Virus record (IMG/VR): IMGVR_UViG_3300047673_000554
Coordinates: 1-64,000 of that record
Direction: 5' to 3' (one strand)
DNA: 64,000 bases
From: a virus
Shown: positions 8,897-18,941 of the stretch, piece after piece
How positions within the stretch are numbered: position 1 is the first letter of the stretch
How the letters are laid out: every line of letters starts with the position of its first letter
Made by a program: the position numbers and the translations under genes
The notes under the pieces: generated by a model
Databases searched by the model: none
What the model was told of the DNA's origin: nothing
What the model saw: only the letters and a program-made list of their open reading frames with translations

Positions 8897-9943
8897 TTAC
8901 AGGTTCACGACTTTAAGCGGCTTCGTTTGTTTCTTAGGCTTCTTGCCCTTGGCTTTCGCCTTGCCGTGCTTGCCGCCGTTGCATTCGACGGTGGTCGACC
9001 AGCCCGCTTGGGTGTAGACCTGCTCTACCGAGTCGGTCAGATACTCGCCATCGAGACCGACCTTGAAGCCCTGGGCAATGATCGGGCGTTCGGCAAACAG
9101 ATCCGTGCGGCCGGGCATTTCGAAACGCACGCCAGCGCTCGATCGGTTGAACGCGGCCAAGCGCGCCTTGGCTGCAGACTCAGCGGCGGTTTTGTCGTGG
9201 TAGATATGCCGATCGGTATGCACCGCCGGCAGGCCGGTCGGCAGGTCGTCATTCTCCAGGGACACCACCACCAGCTTTCCGGTTTTCTTGTCCTGATGCT
9301 TGGCCGCGACCGACTTGTGTGTGTTTCGATCCTCCAGATTGAACTGCCAGCGGCTGACGTCGCTGCGCGTCAGGGTGATCGCGCCGAAGACCTTGCCGCT
9401 GGCGGTCTGTCCGCCTTGACGCGGCATCACCAACAACTTGCCGTCCGCGACCTTGGCCGTGCAGTCGTACTGCTTAGCCAGGCGCGTGACGAAATTGAAG
9501 TCGGATTCGCCGAGCTGGTCCGCTCGGGCGACCTTCGTCGACACCGAGCACCCTGGCGCCCAGCCATTGCGCGTGGCGATATCGCCGACGATCTTCGACA
9601 ACGGCACCTCCTCCCAGCTTCCGCTGCGGATGGTCTTGCCACTGCCGCGCATGTCGCTGGCCTTGCCCTTGATCACGATCGTATCCGGCGGCCCGGACAC
9701 CGTGACCGAATCGACCACGTAGCGGCCCAAGCGGGCCAGCCCCGTCTCGGCATAGCCCAGGTAGACCTCGATCCCGATGCCGCGTCGGGGCAACGTCACC
9801 AGCCCGTCACGGTCATCAATGCGCAGTTCGAACGTGTCCGAATCCATGCCCGGTTTGTCGGTGGTGCTGAGCTGAATCAGCCGATCATTGATCAGGCCGG
9901 TGATATCGGCGCCATCGGCCACAATCCGAAACTGGGGTGTCAT
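8897..9943 (-). CDS. Baseplate hub / late control gpD
   Basis: ESDFNFVTRLA motif, P2 gpD-like, position. Confidence 0.85.
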   Translation of the reverse strand: MTPQFRIVADGADITGLINDRLIQLSTTDKPGMDSDTFELRIDDRDGLVTLPRRGIGIEVYLGYAETGLARLGRYVVDSVTVSGPPDTIVIKGKASDMRGSGKTIRSGSWEEVPLSKIVGDIATRNGWAPGCSVSTKVARADQLGESDFNFVTRLAKQYDCTAKVADGKLLVMPRQGGQTASGKVFGAITLTRSDVSRWQFNLEDRNTHKSVAAKHQDKKTGKLVVVSLENDDLPTGLPAVHTDRHIYHDKTAAESAAKARLAAFNRSSAGVRFEMPGRTDLFAERPIIAQGFKVGLDGEYLTDSVEQVYTQAGWSTTVECNGGKHGKAKAKGKKPKKQTKPLKVVNL

Positions 9944-10025
9944 CGATTTTTTCCCAAAAAAAACCCGCACAAGGCGGGCCAGAAAGTAAGGAAGTTCAAA
10001 CGATGAACGACACGAGTGTAGTCCA

Positions 10026-10232
10026 TCAATCCCACAGGGTGACTTGTTCCTGGGCGGGGGCCGCCAGATCCGGCAACAGGATCACCACGCCGTCGCGGTA
10101 CGGTTGCGGCTCATCGGCCAGGCCCTGATTGGCATTAAGCACCGCCTCCACGCTGCCGTTGAGGTGGCCATAGAAGTTATGGCAGATGGTGTCCAGCAGA
10201 TCCCCGTCAGACGTTCTGCATGTCGTCGCCAT
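10026..10232 (-). CDS. Tail protein X (LysM-like)
   Basis: GDLLDTICHNFYG...VLNANQGLA. Confidence 0.85.
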   Translation of the reverse strand: MATTCRTSDGDLLDTICHNFYGHLNGSVEAVLNANQGLADEPQPYRDGVVILLPDLAAPAQEQVTLWD

Positions 10233-11067
10233 AGTGCCCAAACTCCAGAGTGAACCCTTGTTTACGCGGGATCCCGCCTTGCATCAACGAGCTTTGTTCT
10301 TCCTCGATGCTTTTCAGGCACCAGGTGCCCAGCACGTCGCCATAACCCGTGGTCAGGGTCATCGGCTTGAGCTGGGCACCCAGCGTGCGCAGCGTGTCGA
10401 GCTGTTTCAGGCCGCCCTTGAAGCCGGGGAAAATTGCGCCCTTGAGCGTGATTTTTTCGTCCCCCATGCCCACGCCTTGCTGCGCCGGTCGCCGCGACAG
10501 GCGCTCCTGGGAGGCCCAGCGAAATTCGGTCGAGCGCCGCAATTCATCAAATGCCGCCGTGTCGAGATTGAAGAAATACGGCTGCGCCTTGGGATCTTGC
10601 GGCTGGATGATCAGCAGGTGCGGGAACGGTTTCACCGCCTCCGGTGCCGGCGTCTGGTCCGTGGCAAACGCCCCCGTGGGCACAATGTTGGCCAGCGCCG
10701 GGCTGACCTTGCCGGCGATCTTGCCGATCGCCGTCGTCGCCTTGCCCGCCTGCTCCTTCAGCACGCCCATGCGTTCATCAATTTGCGACAGCGCCCGGGT
10801 GGCCGTGCCGTACATGGCCACCACTTTCCCGACCTGGGCCTGAGCGGCATTCACCCCGCGCATGACGCGCTGAAGCTGGGCGCCGACCGCCGGACCGACA
10901 AAGGGCAGCCCCTCCAGCTCGGAAGCCGCGCCGGTGATTTCCCCGATCGCGCCATTCACCGGCCCCAACATGCCGTCCAGGCTGCGCCGCCCGGTTTCCC
11001 CGGCCGAGGCCAGGAACCCCAGCCCCGACTGTAATCGCTGCAATGCGGTCTTGTTTTGATCAGACAT
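10207..11067 (-). CDS. Tail protein gpU-like
   Basis: C-terminal P2 gpU-like domain (ELRRST-RW, FTLEF). Confidence 0.8.
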   Translation of the reverse strand: MSDQNKTALQRLQSGLGFLASAGETGRRSLDGMLGPVNGAIGEITGAASELEGLPFVGPAVGAQLQRVMRGVNAAQAQVGKVVAMYGTATRALSQIDERMGVLKEQAGKATTAIGKIAGKVSPALANIVPTGAFATDQTPAPEAVKPFPHLLIIQPQDPKAQPYFFNLDTAAFDELRRSTEFRWASQERLSRRPAQQGVGMGDEKITLKGAIFPGFKGGLKQLDTLRTLGAQLKPMTLTTGYGDVLGTWCLKSIEEEQSSLMQGGIPRKQGFTLEFGHYGDDMQNV

Positions 11068-11078
11068 ATGTCCCCCGA

Positions 11079-13739
11079 TTAAACGTGCGGCGCGTCAAAC
11101 AGTTGAGCGCTCCCCACCTGCTTGGCCATGTCGCGATAGTACTGATCGAGCTGCGGCTTGATCTGCGCAAAAAGCTGATTGCCATCCTTCACGTCGCCGT
11201 TGACCGTCAGCGAGAACGGCGCCTGAATCGCCACGTTCGACTCGACCTTGGGCGCCTCCGCTTTCGCCGCCATCGGCTTGACCAGTGCCCCGGCCGCCGG
11301 GTCCGCGCTGGCCGGCGGCAACATCATGGCTTTCGCCGCCTCCCCCGGTTGCGGCGGCGGATCTTCCAGGCCCGAGCGAATGACCTTGGGCCGGCGCAGC
11401 TCGGAGCCCGGGAAACGCACCTTGTTGGCAAAGTGCGGCAGCAACATGGCGTCCTTGGAATTGAGGTCGCGCGGGTCATACGATACCGGCGGCGCAGCAG
11501 CGGCCGACGTGGCGGCGACACTCGCCCCCGGACCGGCGCCGGGGTTGGTCAGCATCAGCGGCCCGGTGGTCGATGGCGCGAACGACTGGGCAATCCCGCC
11601 CAGCACCGGCGGGATGTCCTTGCCGGCATTGGCCATCATCAGCGGTCCGGCGGCCGGTAGACGCTTCAGATCGTCGGGCGTACCGAACGCCGCCTTACCC
11701 AGCGCACCGCCCAGGGCGTCCCCCCCTTCACTGCCGAGATAGCCGCCAATCAGCCCGCCGACAAAAGTACCAATCACCGGCAATACCGCCGTGCCGATGG
11801 CCGCACCGGCTGCCGCACCGACCAGCGTGCCCGCCAAGCCACCAGCGGCCGCACCATAACCTTCGGCTTTATCGTCCTGCGTTTCGGCGTTCTGATACGT
11901 GTCGTAGGCCTTAAACCCGGCATCCACCACCGACACCACGGCGGCGCCCTTGACAGCGGAGCCGATCCCCAAGCCTCGACCACCACCACTTCGCCCCCGC
12001 CCTCGGCCGGACCGCCCGCCTTTCTTGCCTTTTTTGCCGTCCTTGCCTTCGGCATCGAGGTCGCCCGCCTCCAGACCGCCGCCACCGCCGCCACCCCCGC
12101 CCACCACAATGACCTTTTGAGGGATGTTCGGATTGCCCATCAGCGAACCGCGCCCGATGTTGAGCAAGCCCTTGGCAATCTTGAAGGTGCTCATGGCGCT
12201 CTGAAAGGCGATCACCGCCGCCACGGCCGCGCCAATGCCGGTCACCACCTTGGGCGATTCGTCAGACAGCTTGCTCAGCCCCTGGGTGACGTAGGTCAGC
12301 CCGTCCGCCACCTTGTCGGTGACCGGGCGGAATGCGTCGCCGATCGCGCGCATGGCGTCGTCCATGCCCTGGGCCATTTCCGACCACTTCTGCGCCGACG
12401 ACTGCCGGCGCTCCTCCAGGTTCTTGTCCAGGATCCCGGTGGCATTGGCCGAGTCCTTTTTCAGACTGGCATACAGCTCCTTGTTCTGCATGAACGCCGT
12501 CAGCGCGCCCTTGACCTGCATGTCGGCGAACAGGTCGCCGGTGCGCAAGGCTTGCTCCAGGGACGCGATCATGGCCTTGGCCTTTTCCGGGTCCGCCTCC
12601 TTGCTGATCTTGGCCGTGGCTTCTGCCATCGCGGCGGCCTTCTTCGGATCGGTCGCCGCGATGTATTTTTGCGCCAGCTCAAAGCTGGATTCCAACGTGG
12701 ATTTGCCGTTCTGCAGCCCGGTATTCATCGACGCCTGATAATCGATCCCGGCCTTTTTGTAGGCCGTCACCGTGTCACCCGAGCCGATCTTTTCCATCCA
12801 GTTTTTCAGGTTGTTGGCCGCCTCGTCAGAGCCGCCGGCGGTCTTCATTTGCACCTGCAGCATGGCGCCCAGTTGCGACACCGAATCCATGCCGGTGATG
12901 CCCAGCTTGCCCATCCCCGCCAGCAACTCGGGGAACCACCGCGCCATGTCGGCCGCTTCGAAACTGCCCGCCTGCCCTTGGTAGGCGATCGCCTCCAGGG
13001 CCTTTTGCATCATGGCCGGGTCGGTGATCTTGGCGTTCTGCCCCAGGGCGTTGATCATCTTCGCCGTTTCGCCACCGTCGGAGCCTTGGCCCACCGCGAA
13101 CTTGGCGGCGGTCGGGGCGTAGGCCAGTGCCTTGTCCAGCTCCATGCCGGCGCCCACCAGGGCGTTGACCACTTCGGCCACGTCGTTACGCGCCATACCC
13201 GTGTCCCGCGACGTGTCGATAATCTTCTTCGACATCTGCGCTTCTTCGGGGTTGTTGGCAATGTTCGACTTGATCGCAATGTCGCGAATGATCGCGCCAT
13301 AGTCCGCGCTGACCTTGGTCGGAATCGCCATCGCCGCCGTGGCGGCCACCGCTTGGCCCACGCTACTTTTGAGCTTCTGCTTGCCTTCGTCGAGTTGCTG
13401 GTGACCTTTGGCCTTCAGCTCGGCCTTGTGCGCCGCCTGCCCCATGGCCGAGTAGGCCTTGGCCAGATTGCGTACTTCCACGCCTTCTTTCTTCAGGCTG
13501 CTCAGGTTGCTTTCGAGTTGCTTTTGCAACGCCGAAGCGCCCTTTTCGCCCGCCATGTGCGCCCGGCGCCATTCGTCGCGCAGGCGCATGGTGTCGCCAA
13601 TGGTCTTTTCCAGCACCCGGGATTTTTTGCCGGTTGCCTCCAGGCGCTGCATGCGATTGGTGACGTCCTTGAACGCCAAGCCCACCGTGGAGCTGACCGC
13701 CCCGCCAATGACCAGGCCGAGCGCGAGTTTGTTCGCCAT
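11079..13739 (-). CDS. Tail tape measure protein
   Basis: 886 aa, Ala/Gly-rich, follows the tail chaperone. Confidence 0.9.
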   Translation of the reverse strand: MANKLALGLVIGGAVSSTVGLAFKDVTNRMQRLEATGKKSRVLEKTIGDTMRLRDEWRRAHMAGEKGASALQKQLESNLSSLKKEGVEVRNLAKAYSAMGQAAHKAELKAKGHQQLDEGKQKLKSSVGQAVAATAAMAIPTKVSADYGAIIRDIAIKSNIANNPEEAQMSKKIIDTSRDTGMARNDVAEVVNALVGAGMELDKALAYAPTAAKFAVGQGSDGGETAKMINALGQNAKITDPAMMQKALEAIAYQGQAGSFEAADMARWFPELLAGMGKLGITGMDSVSQLGAMLQVQMKTAGGSDEAANNLKNWMEKIGSGDTVTAYKKAGIDYQASMNTGLQNGKSTLESSFELAQKYIAATDPKKAAAMAEATAKISKEADPEKAKAMIASLEQALRTGDLFADMQVKGALTAFMQNKELYASLKKDSANATGILDKNLEERRQSSAQKWSEMAQGMDDAMRAIGDAFRPVTDKVADGLTYVTQGLSKLSDESPKVVTGIGAAVAAVIAFQSAMSTFKIAKGLLNIGRGSLMGNPNIPQKVIVVGGGGGGGGGLEAGDLDAEGKDGKKGKKGGRSGRGRGRSGGGRGLGIGSAVKGAAVVSVVDAGFKAYDTYQNAETQDDKAEGYGAAAGGLAGTLVGAAAGAAIGTAVLPVIGTFVGGLIGGYLGSEGGDALGGALGKAAFGTPDDLKRLPAAGPLMMANAGKDIPPVLGGIAQSFAPSTTGPLMLTNPGAGPGASVAATSAAAAPPVSYDPRDLNSKDAMLLPHFANKVRFPGSELRRPKVIRSGLEDPPPQPGEAAKAMMLPPASADPAAGALVKPMAAKAEAPKVESNVAIQAPFSLTVNGDVKDGNQLFAQIKPQLDQYYRDMAKQVGSAQLFDAPHV

Positions 13740-13775
13740 GTGCGTGCCCTATACGTCGGGGAATTCAAAGGCGGC

Positions 13776-13892
13776 TCAATCCGTGAGCCACCACAGCATC
13801 TGATCGAAGGGCAGCGCTTCAATCTCGGCCGCCGAGAAACCGGTCTCTTTGGCCAAGCGTTGAGCCGCGTCCCTGAGCGTGACAGCGTTAAA
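13776..13892 (-). CDS. gpE-prime-like frameshift extension of the tail chaperone
   Basis: FNAVTLRDAAQRLAKETGFSAAEIEALPFDQMLWWLTD in the +1 frame overlapping the chaperone stop. Confidence 0.6.
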   Translation of the reverse strand, partial: FNAVTLRDAAQRLAKETGFSAAEIEALPFDQMLWWLTD

Positions 13893-14208
13893 CGTCGTCT
13901 TCTTCGACCAAGCGAAAATAGCCCGCCGACAGGCGTTGGTAGTCCTTGTATTTCAAGGTCAGCAGCTCCGCCTCGGTCAGTCCGGTCAGGCTGCCAAACA
14001 ACGACAGCTCCTGTTTTTCGTAGTCGCCATTGCCGGCGACCTTGGACGCGCGCCAGTCCTTGACGCTGGGCGCGCGCATGGTCAGCGCATCCGTGAGGAC
14101 TTCACTGATCAGGGTTGGGTACTTGAGCGTTACGGTCACGCCCTCATCGCTCAGCTTCAGCCACTTCGGCAAGGTCGGCGCGGTGGTGTCTTGGGTTTCT
14201 TGAGTCAT
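13888..14208 (-). CDS. Tail assembly chaperone (gpE-like)
   Basis: LTMRAPSVKD...DYQRL; between tube and tape measure. Confidence 0.8.
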   Translation of the reverse strand: MTQETQDTTAPTLPKWLKLSDEGVTVTLKYPTLISEVLTDALTMRAPSVKDWRASKVAGNGDYEKQELSLFGSLTGLTEAELLTLKYKDYQRLSAGYFRLVEEDDV

Positions 14209-14221
14209 GTTCTTTGAGTCC

Positions 14222-14725
14222 TTAGAGGCCGAGGGCCGAACGTTCTTCCGCCAGTTGATCGACACCGTCGACCACCTGAATCATGTTGAGTGGGTCGATC
14301 TCGTACATCACGCGCCCGTCGATTTCGAGCTTGTAATAAATGGCCTTGATCGCGTGCTTGATTTCCGCTTTGTCGCCCGGCTTCCAGTCGCCCATGTCGA
14401 CCTCTTTGATGCCACCGCGCAGGGTGACCACCACCGGCGTGATCGCGCCTTTGAGGCCCTTGAAGGCGCCCCGAAAAACGATGGTGCAAGCGGTCTGATC
14501 GGCCAGCCCGAAGTACTTCAGCGCCTCACGGCGCACGCCGTTGGTGGTAAAGGCCGCTTCCAGCTTTTCCAGGCCCATGCCCATTTCAATCGGGGCGGAC
14601 ATGCCGCCGCCCTGATAGTCGTCGGTCTTTTGCGTCAGCTTGGGCAGCGACAGGGTGGGCACGTCGCCGGCGAAACTCACACCGTCGACAAAGGCGTTCA
14701 TGTTGGAGAGAACTTGAGGAATCAT
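14222..14725 (-). CDS. Tail tube protein (FII)
   Basis: 167 aa P2 FII-like (YYKLEIDG, EIDPLNM). Confidence 0.9.
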   Translation of the reverse strand: MIPQVLSNMNAFVDGVSFAGDVPTLSLPKLTQKTDDYQGGGMSAPIEMGMGLEKLEAAFTTNGVRREALKYFGLADQTACTIVFRGAFKGLKGAITPVVVTLRGGIKEVDMGDWKPGDKAEIKHAIKAIYYKLEIDGRVMYEIDPLNMIQVVDGVDQLAEERSALGL

Positions 14726-14737
14726 CGTGCGAGCCCC

Positions 14738-15904
14738 TTAGGCGGATTCAAGAACTTCGGTCAGCCATTCGTTGGTGACTTCAATGAGGAAATTCGGGTT
14801 TTCGGCCGGCGGCACGTCGGTGAAGCGGATGCGCCAGAACACTTTGCCCTGCTCGATTTGGCTGGCCGTGTTCCGCTCCTTGTCCGCGTAGACCTCGAAG
14901 TTGATCACCGCACCGGCGTTCTTCTGATCGCGCATGAACGCCTGAAGGCCCTCGGTCACGTCCTGCACGTAGGTCTTGGTGATCGAGCGGTCGACCGCCC
15001 ACTTGTGCCCCGCCTGGATCGCATCCATGAGGATGTCGCAGGTCCGTACCCGGGTGACGAACGCCCATTTCGGATCGCTGGACAGCGTGCGGTTACCCCA
15101 CAGGCGATACCCGCCGTCACGAATGATCGTCGCGATGTTTGCGTTATTCAGCAGGTTGGCCCGGCAGGTTTCGTCGCCGTCCAGGTACTCGATCGGGCGC
15201 GTGGTGCCGGTGATGCCGACAAACTCTTTGTTCGACGGCGATGCCCAGTAGCCATACGTGGCGTCGGTCCAGGCAAACAGGCCCGCCACCCAGGCCGAGC
15301 CCGGCGCGTCGATGGTTGTGCTCAATACCGAGTCCCAGTACTTGACGCCGGGATCGACCATGTACAGACGCTTGCTGCCGAACTCCAGCGCGTAAGCCAA
15401 GGCCGCTTCATCGGTGGTGTTCGGGCCGTCGAGGATGGCCATGGCGCGCAGCTTGGCGGCCAGGGCATCCATGGCGGTGGCCACGGCTTGGGTGGCCGAG
15501 TGCTTCGGGGCGATCAGCAGTTTCGGCTGGGCGTTGTGCTTGCTCTTGCCATCGAGCAGCGCTTGCAACCCGGTACGGTGACCATCGGCCAGCACCCCGC
15601 CAATGATGGCGGATGTTTGCAGCGCGGCGTCTTCCAGCTTAGGGACGCCGATCGCGACGATCACCGCTTTGGCGCGCACGTAGATCGCCTGGGCGGCTTT
15701 GGTGATCGCCGAGTCCGGGCCGAATGCGGCAATGGCTTCGCGCTCGGACGTGAGCAACACCAGCTCGCCGGCCTTGGCCGTACCGCCGCCGAGCAGGCCC
15801 GGGGTGAAGGTGTCGCACAGGCCGATGATCGACGACGACGGCAGCGAAATAGTCCGTGCGCCGGTGTCGATCAGCGAGGTGGTGACGCCGTGAAAGAAAC
15901 TCAT
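14738..15904 (-). CDS. Tail sheath protein (FI)
   Basis: FHGV, WASPSN, GYRLWGNRT. Confidence 0.92.
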   Translation of the reverse strand: MSFFHGVTTSLIDTGARTISLPSSSIIGLCDTFTPGLLGGGTAKAGELVLLTSEREAIAAFGPDSAITKAAQAIYVRAKAVIVAIGVPKLEDAALQTSAIIGGVLADGHRTGLQALLDGKSKHNAQPKLLIAPKHSATQAVATAMDALAAKLRAMAILDGPNTTDEAALAYALEFGSKRLYMVDPGVKYWDSVLSTTIDAPGSAWVAGLFAWTDATYGYWASPSNKEFVGITGTTRPIEYLDGDETCRANLLNNANIATIIRDGGYRLWGNRTLSSDPKWAFVTRVRTCDILMDAIQAGHKWAVDRSITKTYVQDVTEGLQAFMRDQKNAGAVINFEVYADKERNTASQIEQGKVFWRIRFTDVPPAENPNFLIEVTNEWLTEVLESA

Positions 15905-16008
15905 AAGGCTCAATCTCCAGAAACGAAAAAGCCCCGCATAAGCGAGGCTGTCAGGGATGTTTGTGTTACGCGTAACGGAAAAGAAAACGCCCCGTCAGTG
16001 CGGGGCGT

Positions 16009-16566
16009 TTATTTGGGTTTGTCGGCGATCCAGCTCGGCGCCACCGGCCGGTCTTTTTGCTCCGGAAACTGACCGGCTTCCGGCCAGTTGCGCAGAGCCT
16101 GTCGATAGGCATACAGCTCCGCGCGCTGATCGGCGCTTAGCGGATAATCCGGCATGACCAGATAATCGGTGCTCGCAATTTGCGCATTGCGCCACGCTCG
16201 CTCACCCGCTTGCGCCGCTGCAATCTGCGCCGCCTCATCCAGAACCCAATCGCCACCCGCCCACATGTAGAACTGACCCGGCCAGCGTTTAGCGGTCAGT
16301 CCTTCGGGCAGATCGCCAAGCTTGGAATACTCCTCCGCGACGCCTGGTTCTTCCGTGCGGAAAACAGCACCGCGATAGTCGGCCAATAGTTGCGGCTTCC
16401 CCTCGACCAGCGCCCATACGTGGCCAGCCTCGGGCGGGCTCAGAGGCTTTTCAAGCTGGACGGTATTGCCCGGCAGATACGGGCCAAATCCCGGGACATC
16501 TGGAAACTCTGACAACTTAAACGGCCCGGTCAGGATGCCCAGCGGGTCGAACACATAGATATTCAT
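16009..16566 (-). CDS. Tail fibre assembly chaperone
   Basis: RAWRN...YRQALRNWP...RPVAP. Confidence 0.8.
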   Translation of the reverse strand: MNIYVFDPLGILTGPFKLSEFPDVPGFGPYLPGNTVQLEKPLSPPEAGHVWALVEGKPQLLADYRGAVFRTEEPGVAEEYSKLGDLPEGLTAKRWPGQFYMWAGGDWVLDEAAQIAAAQAGERAWRNAQIASTDYLVMPDYPLSADQRAELYAYRQALRNWPEAGQFPEQKDRPVAPSWIADKPK

Positions 16567-16573
16567 TAGCACC

Positions 16574-18337
16574 TCAGATCACTTTAATTCTGCCCGGCCA
16601 GGCGATGTTTTTCGGAACCGTCTCAGCACCGCCAGCGGCGCCAGTGCCACCACCGGCCCAGGTGGCATAGGTGATGCTCCCGCCGCCCATCGCCTGCGTG
16701 CCGTAACCGCCGGAACCGACATAGTGGTTGTGACTCTTGAAGTCATCGAGACGATAGCTGCCCCCAGGACGGCCCGGGTCGATCCCGGCAGATTCGTCAA
16801 GATGGCGGATGAATTTACCGCGCGGATCTGGACTACGGAACGTGGTCGCGCCATCGCCCGAGGTCCAACCGCCCTCCATCCCCGCGCGAGCGGCTTCCGT
16901 AGTCAGCATTCCCGACTGTTGAGCGTGGTCCCACAACCATGGCCAATCGGCACGAACAAAGAGGGCATTGCCCAACGGGACGTGCCCCCCTGGATTCAAT
17001 ACGGTCGTCGTTTCAAGCACGGGCCGCCCGAGTGCCGTACCGTCTAGGCGCGCAATCGGTATCCAGTTGCCCTTGCCATCACTGCGCAAATGCCAATAAT
17101 CCCCGGCCCCCATCAGGTATAAGAATGGATAGCCGGCCGCATTCAGATGGGTATGAAACTTGATTTTGTTGCTGCCGGCCGCCTTGATTGTCAGTCGGTT
17201 GCTGGTGTTATCGACCCGTCGCACCACCACACTACGAACGCCCAGCGCTGAGTTGGCATCGGGCAGATCAACCGTCAACGCCCCCGCGCTGGCATCAATC
17301 AGGACAAGCCCCAACTCGTTCGCCACCAGGGGCCTTGAGGTGTTGACCTCCACCAAAGGGACTTGGCTCGTCCCGTTAATCAAGTCGAGCGTTTCAGTTT
17401 TGGTGAAGGCGTCCGTGATCGCATAACCGGCCAGCGTGGTCGGGTTGGTCCCACCCACCACCCGACCGTATTTGTCCACGGTCACACTGCGGTAGGTGCC
17501 GGCATTGATACCGGTGCGCCCGGCCGCCATTTCAAACAGCAGATCCGTCACGCCCAGGACAATCGGCGCATCCGTCACCAGTTGCCAAATGCTGTCGCCG
17601 TTGATGGTGCCGCGCTCGACATGCACAAACAGCCCGGGCGTCACTTCCAGACTGCTGTCGGCATCCGCGCTACGCGCCCACACACCCGCAGCCGCCACGT
17701 AAAGGCCGTTGTCTTTGGCCACGGCCTGGTTTTTCACCAACACGCGATCACCGGCAACCAGGGCGACCCCGTCAATGGTCTGAAGGCCGATCAGCACCAC
17801 AGGGGCGGTGGTCGCCACCCGTACCGAGTGCTTAAAGTCCAGCTTGCCCAGCTCCTCCAGCACCTTTTGATCGACGTACTCACGTGTTGCCAACACCACC
17901 GATGGATCGATTTTTAACTGAATGTTCGCGGTGCCGCTGGTGACGATGTGCATGCGTACCACTTGGTTACGCCCTGAGCCTTGCGCCAGCAAGGGCTTGT
18001 AACTCGGCGCGGCGTTGGCCACCGCCGAAAACACCCCATCCTTGTCTTCCAGCGCCAGCTCACGAATCCACCAGCCGCCCACGTCCGGCGGCAACACCAG
18101 CTCGGCGATCAACACATTGTCGTCGGTGGGAGAGACGCGCAGCTGATTGAGCTGCGCGCGATAGACCTGATTGACCAGCTTGGTTTGCGATGCACTGGGC
18201 ACCGGATCGGTGCCGTTCGCATCACCGATCAACATGTAACGCGGCTCCCAAGGGATACCCAGCGCGTCGCAGTTGGTTTTTTTGGCGGCCCCCTGAGTCG
18301 TGAGCATGCCGCCGAAAATAGAGTTTTTATCAACCAT
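16574..18337 (-). CDS. Tail fibre protein (gpH-like)
   Basis: P2 gpH N-terminus (GGWWIRE, KIDPSVVLATR), collar PDPRGKFIR, C-terminal ETVPKNIA. Confidence 0.88.
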   Translation of the reverse strand: MVDKNSIFGGMLTTQGAAKKTNCDALGIPWEPRYMLIGDANGTDPVPSASQTKLVNQVYRAQLNQLRVSPTDDNVLIAELVLPPDVGGWWIRELALEDKDGVFSAVANAAPSYKPLLAQGSGRNQVVRMHIVTSGTANIQLKIDPSVVLATREYVDQKVLEELGKLDFKHSVRVATTAPVVLIGLQTIDGVALVAGDRVLVKNQAVAKDNGLYVAAAGVWARSADADSSLEVTPGLFVHVERGTINGDSIWQLVTDAPIVLGVTDLLFEMAAGRTGINAGTYRSVTVDKYGRVVGGTNPTTLAGYAITDAFTKTETLDLINGTSQVPLVEVNTSRPLVANELGLVLIDASAGALTVDLPDANSALGVRSVVVRRVDNTSNRLTIKAAGSNKIKFHTHLNAAGYPFLYLMGAGDYWHLRSDGKGNWIPIARLDGTALGRPVLETTTVLNPGGHVPLGNALFVRADWPWLWDHAQQSGMLTTEAARAGMEGGWTSGDGATTFRSPDPRGKFIRHLDESAGIDPGRPGGSYRLDDFKSHNHYVGSGGYGTQAMGGGSITYATWAGGGTGAAGGAETVPKNIAWPGRIKVI

Positions 18338-18941
18338 GTGGGTACACATCCAATTCGTCGAGGTTGTATTCGCTAACGCCGTGGCAGCCCTGAATCACCA
18401 CGTCCAAATCGGGATTGTTCCAGGGGTAAACATCGATCTCGTCGCCGTCATACACAGCGAAGCCGACATAGGCGTTCAATCGGGTTTCCAGCGTGATATC
18501 GAGACCGGTCAAATGCCGGGTCACGGGCTTGGCGTCGTCGATCAGGCGCTCCAGCTCCTGATACATGTCTTCGGTGATCCCGGTGTCCAGCACACCGACC
18601 TTCAGCGCAAAGGTGCCCGGCGGCCCTTCGGGGACGGTGTTGAACCACTCAATGATTTCGACCAGATAGCCTAGGGGCTCGACCACCCGGCGCAACGCAC
18701 CGATGGTGCCCTTGCGGGCATGGATGTAATACGACGCCTTGATCGCCGCGCGCTTGGTCGCCTCCGACCACCGATAGTCCCAGCGATCGACCGACCACGC
18801 CCATGCCAAATGCGGCAGCAGATGGACCGGACAGGTGTCGGGGTTGTACAGGGTGCGCAGCGGGACAATGGTTCGCTCGTAGAAAGCCGCCTCCAGAGCG
18901 CGCTCCAGTTGCGTGCTATTGCTTGGCAGCAGGCTTTTCAT
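18330..18941 (-). CDS. Baseplate/tail protein I
   Basis: LLPHLAWAWSVDRW, KGTIGA. Confidence 0.9.
   Translation of the reverse strand: MKSLLPSNSTQLERALEAAFYERTIVPLRTLYNPDTCPVHLLPHLAWAWSVDRWDYRWSEATKRAAIKASYYIHARKGTIGALRRVVEPLGYLVEIIEWFNTVPEGPPGTFALKVGVLDTGITEDMYQELERLIDDAKPVTRHLTGLDITLETRLNAYVGFAVYDGDEIDVYPWNNPDLDVVIQGCHGVSEYNLDELDVYPHG

Noticed and set aside
12117-16072. Long + strand ORFs (648 aa, 621 aa) and many similar ones across both prophages
   Set aside because: Antisense shadows of GC-rich, motif-supported phage genes; no RBS or recognisable domains.
16009-18337. Tail-fibre inversion system or diversity-generating retroelement
   Set aside because: No invertase, reverse transcriptase, inverted alternative tip or TR/VR pair seen.
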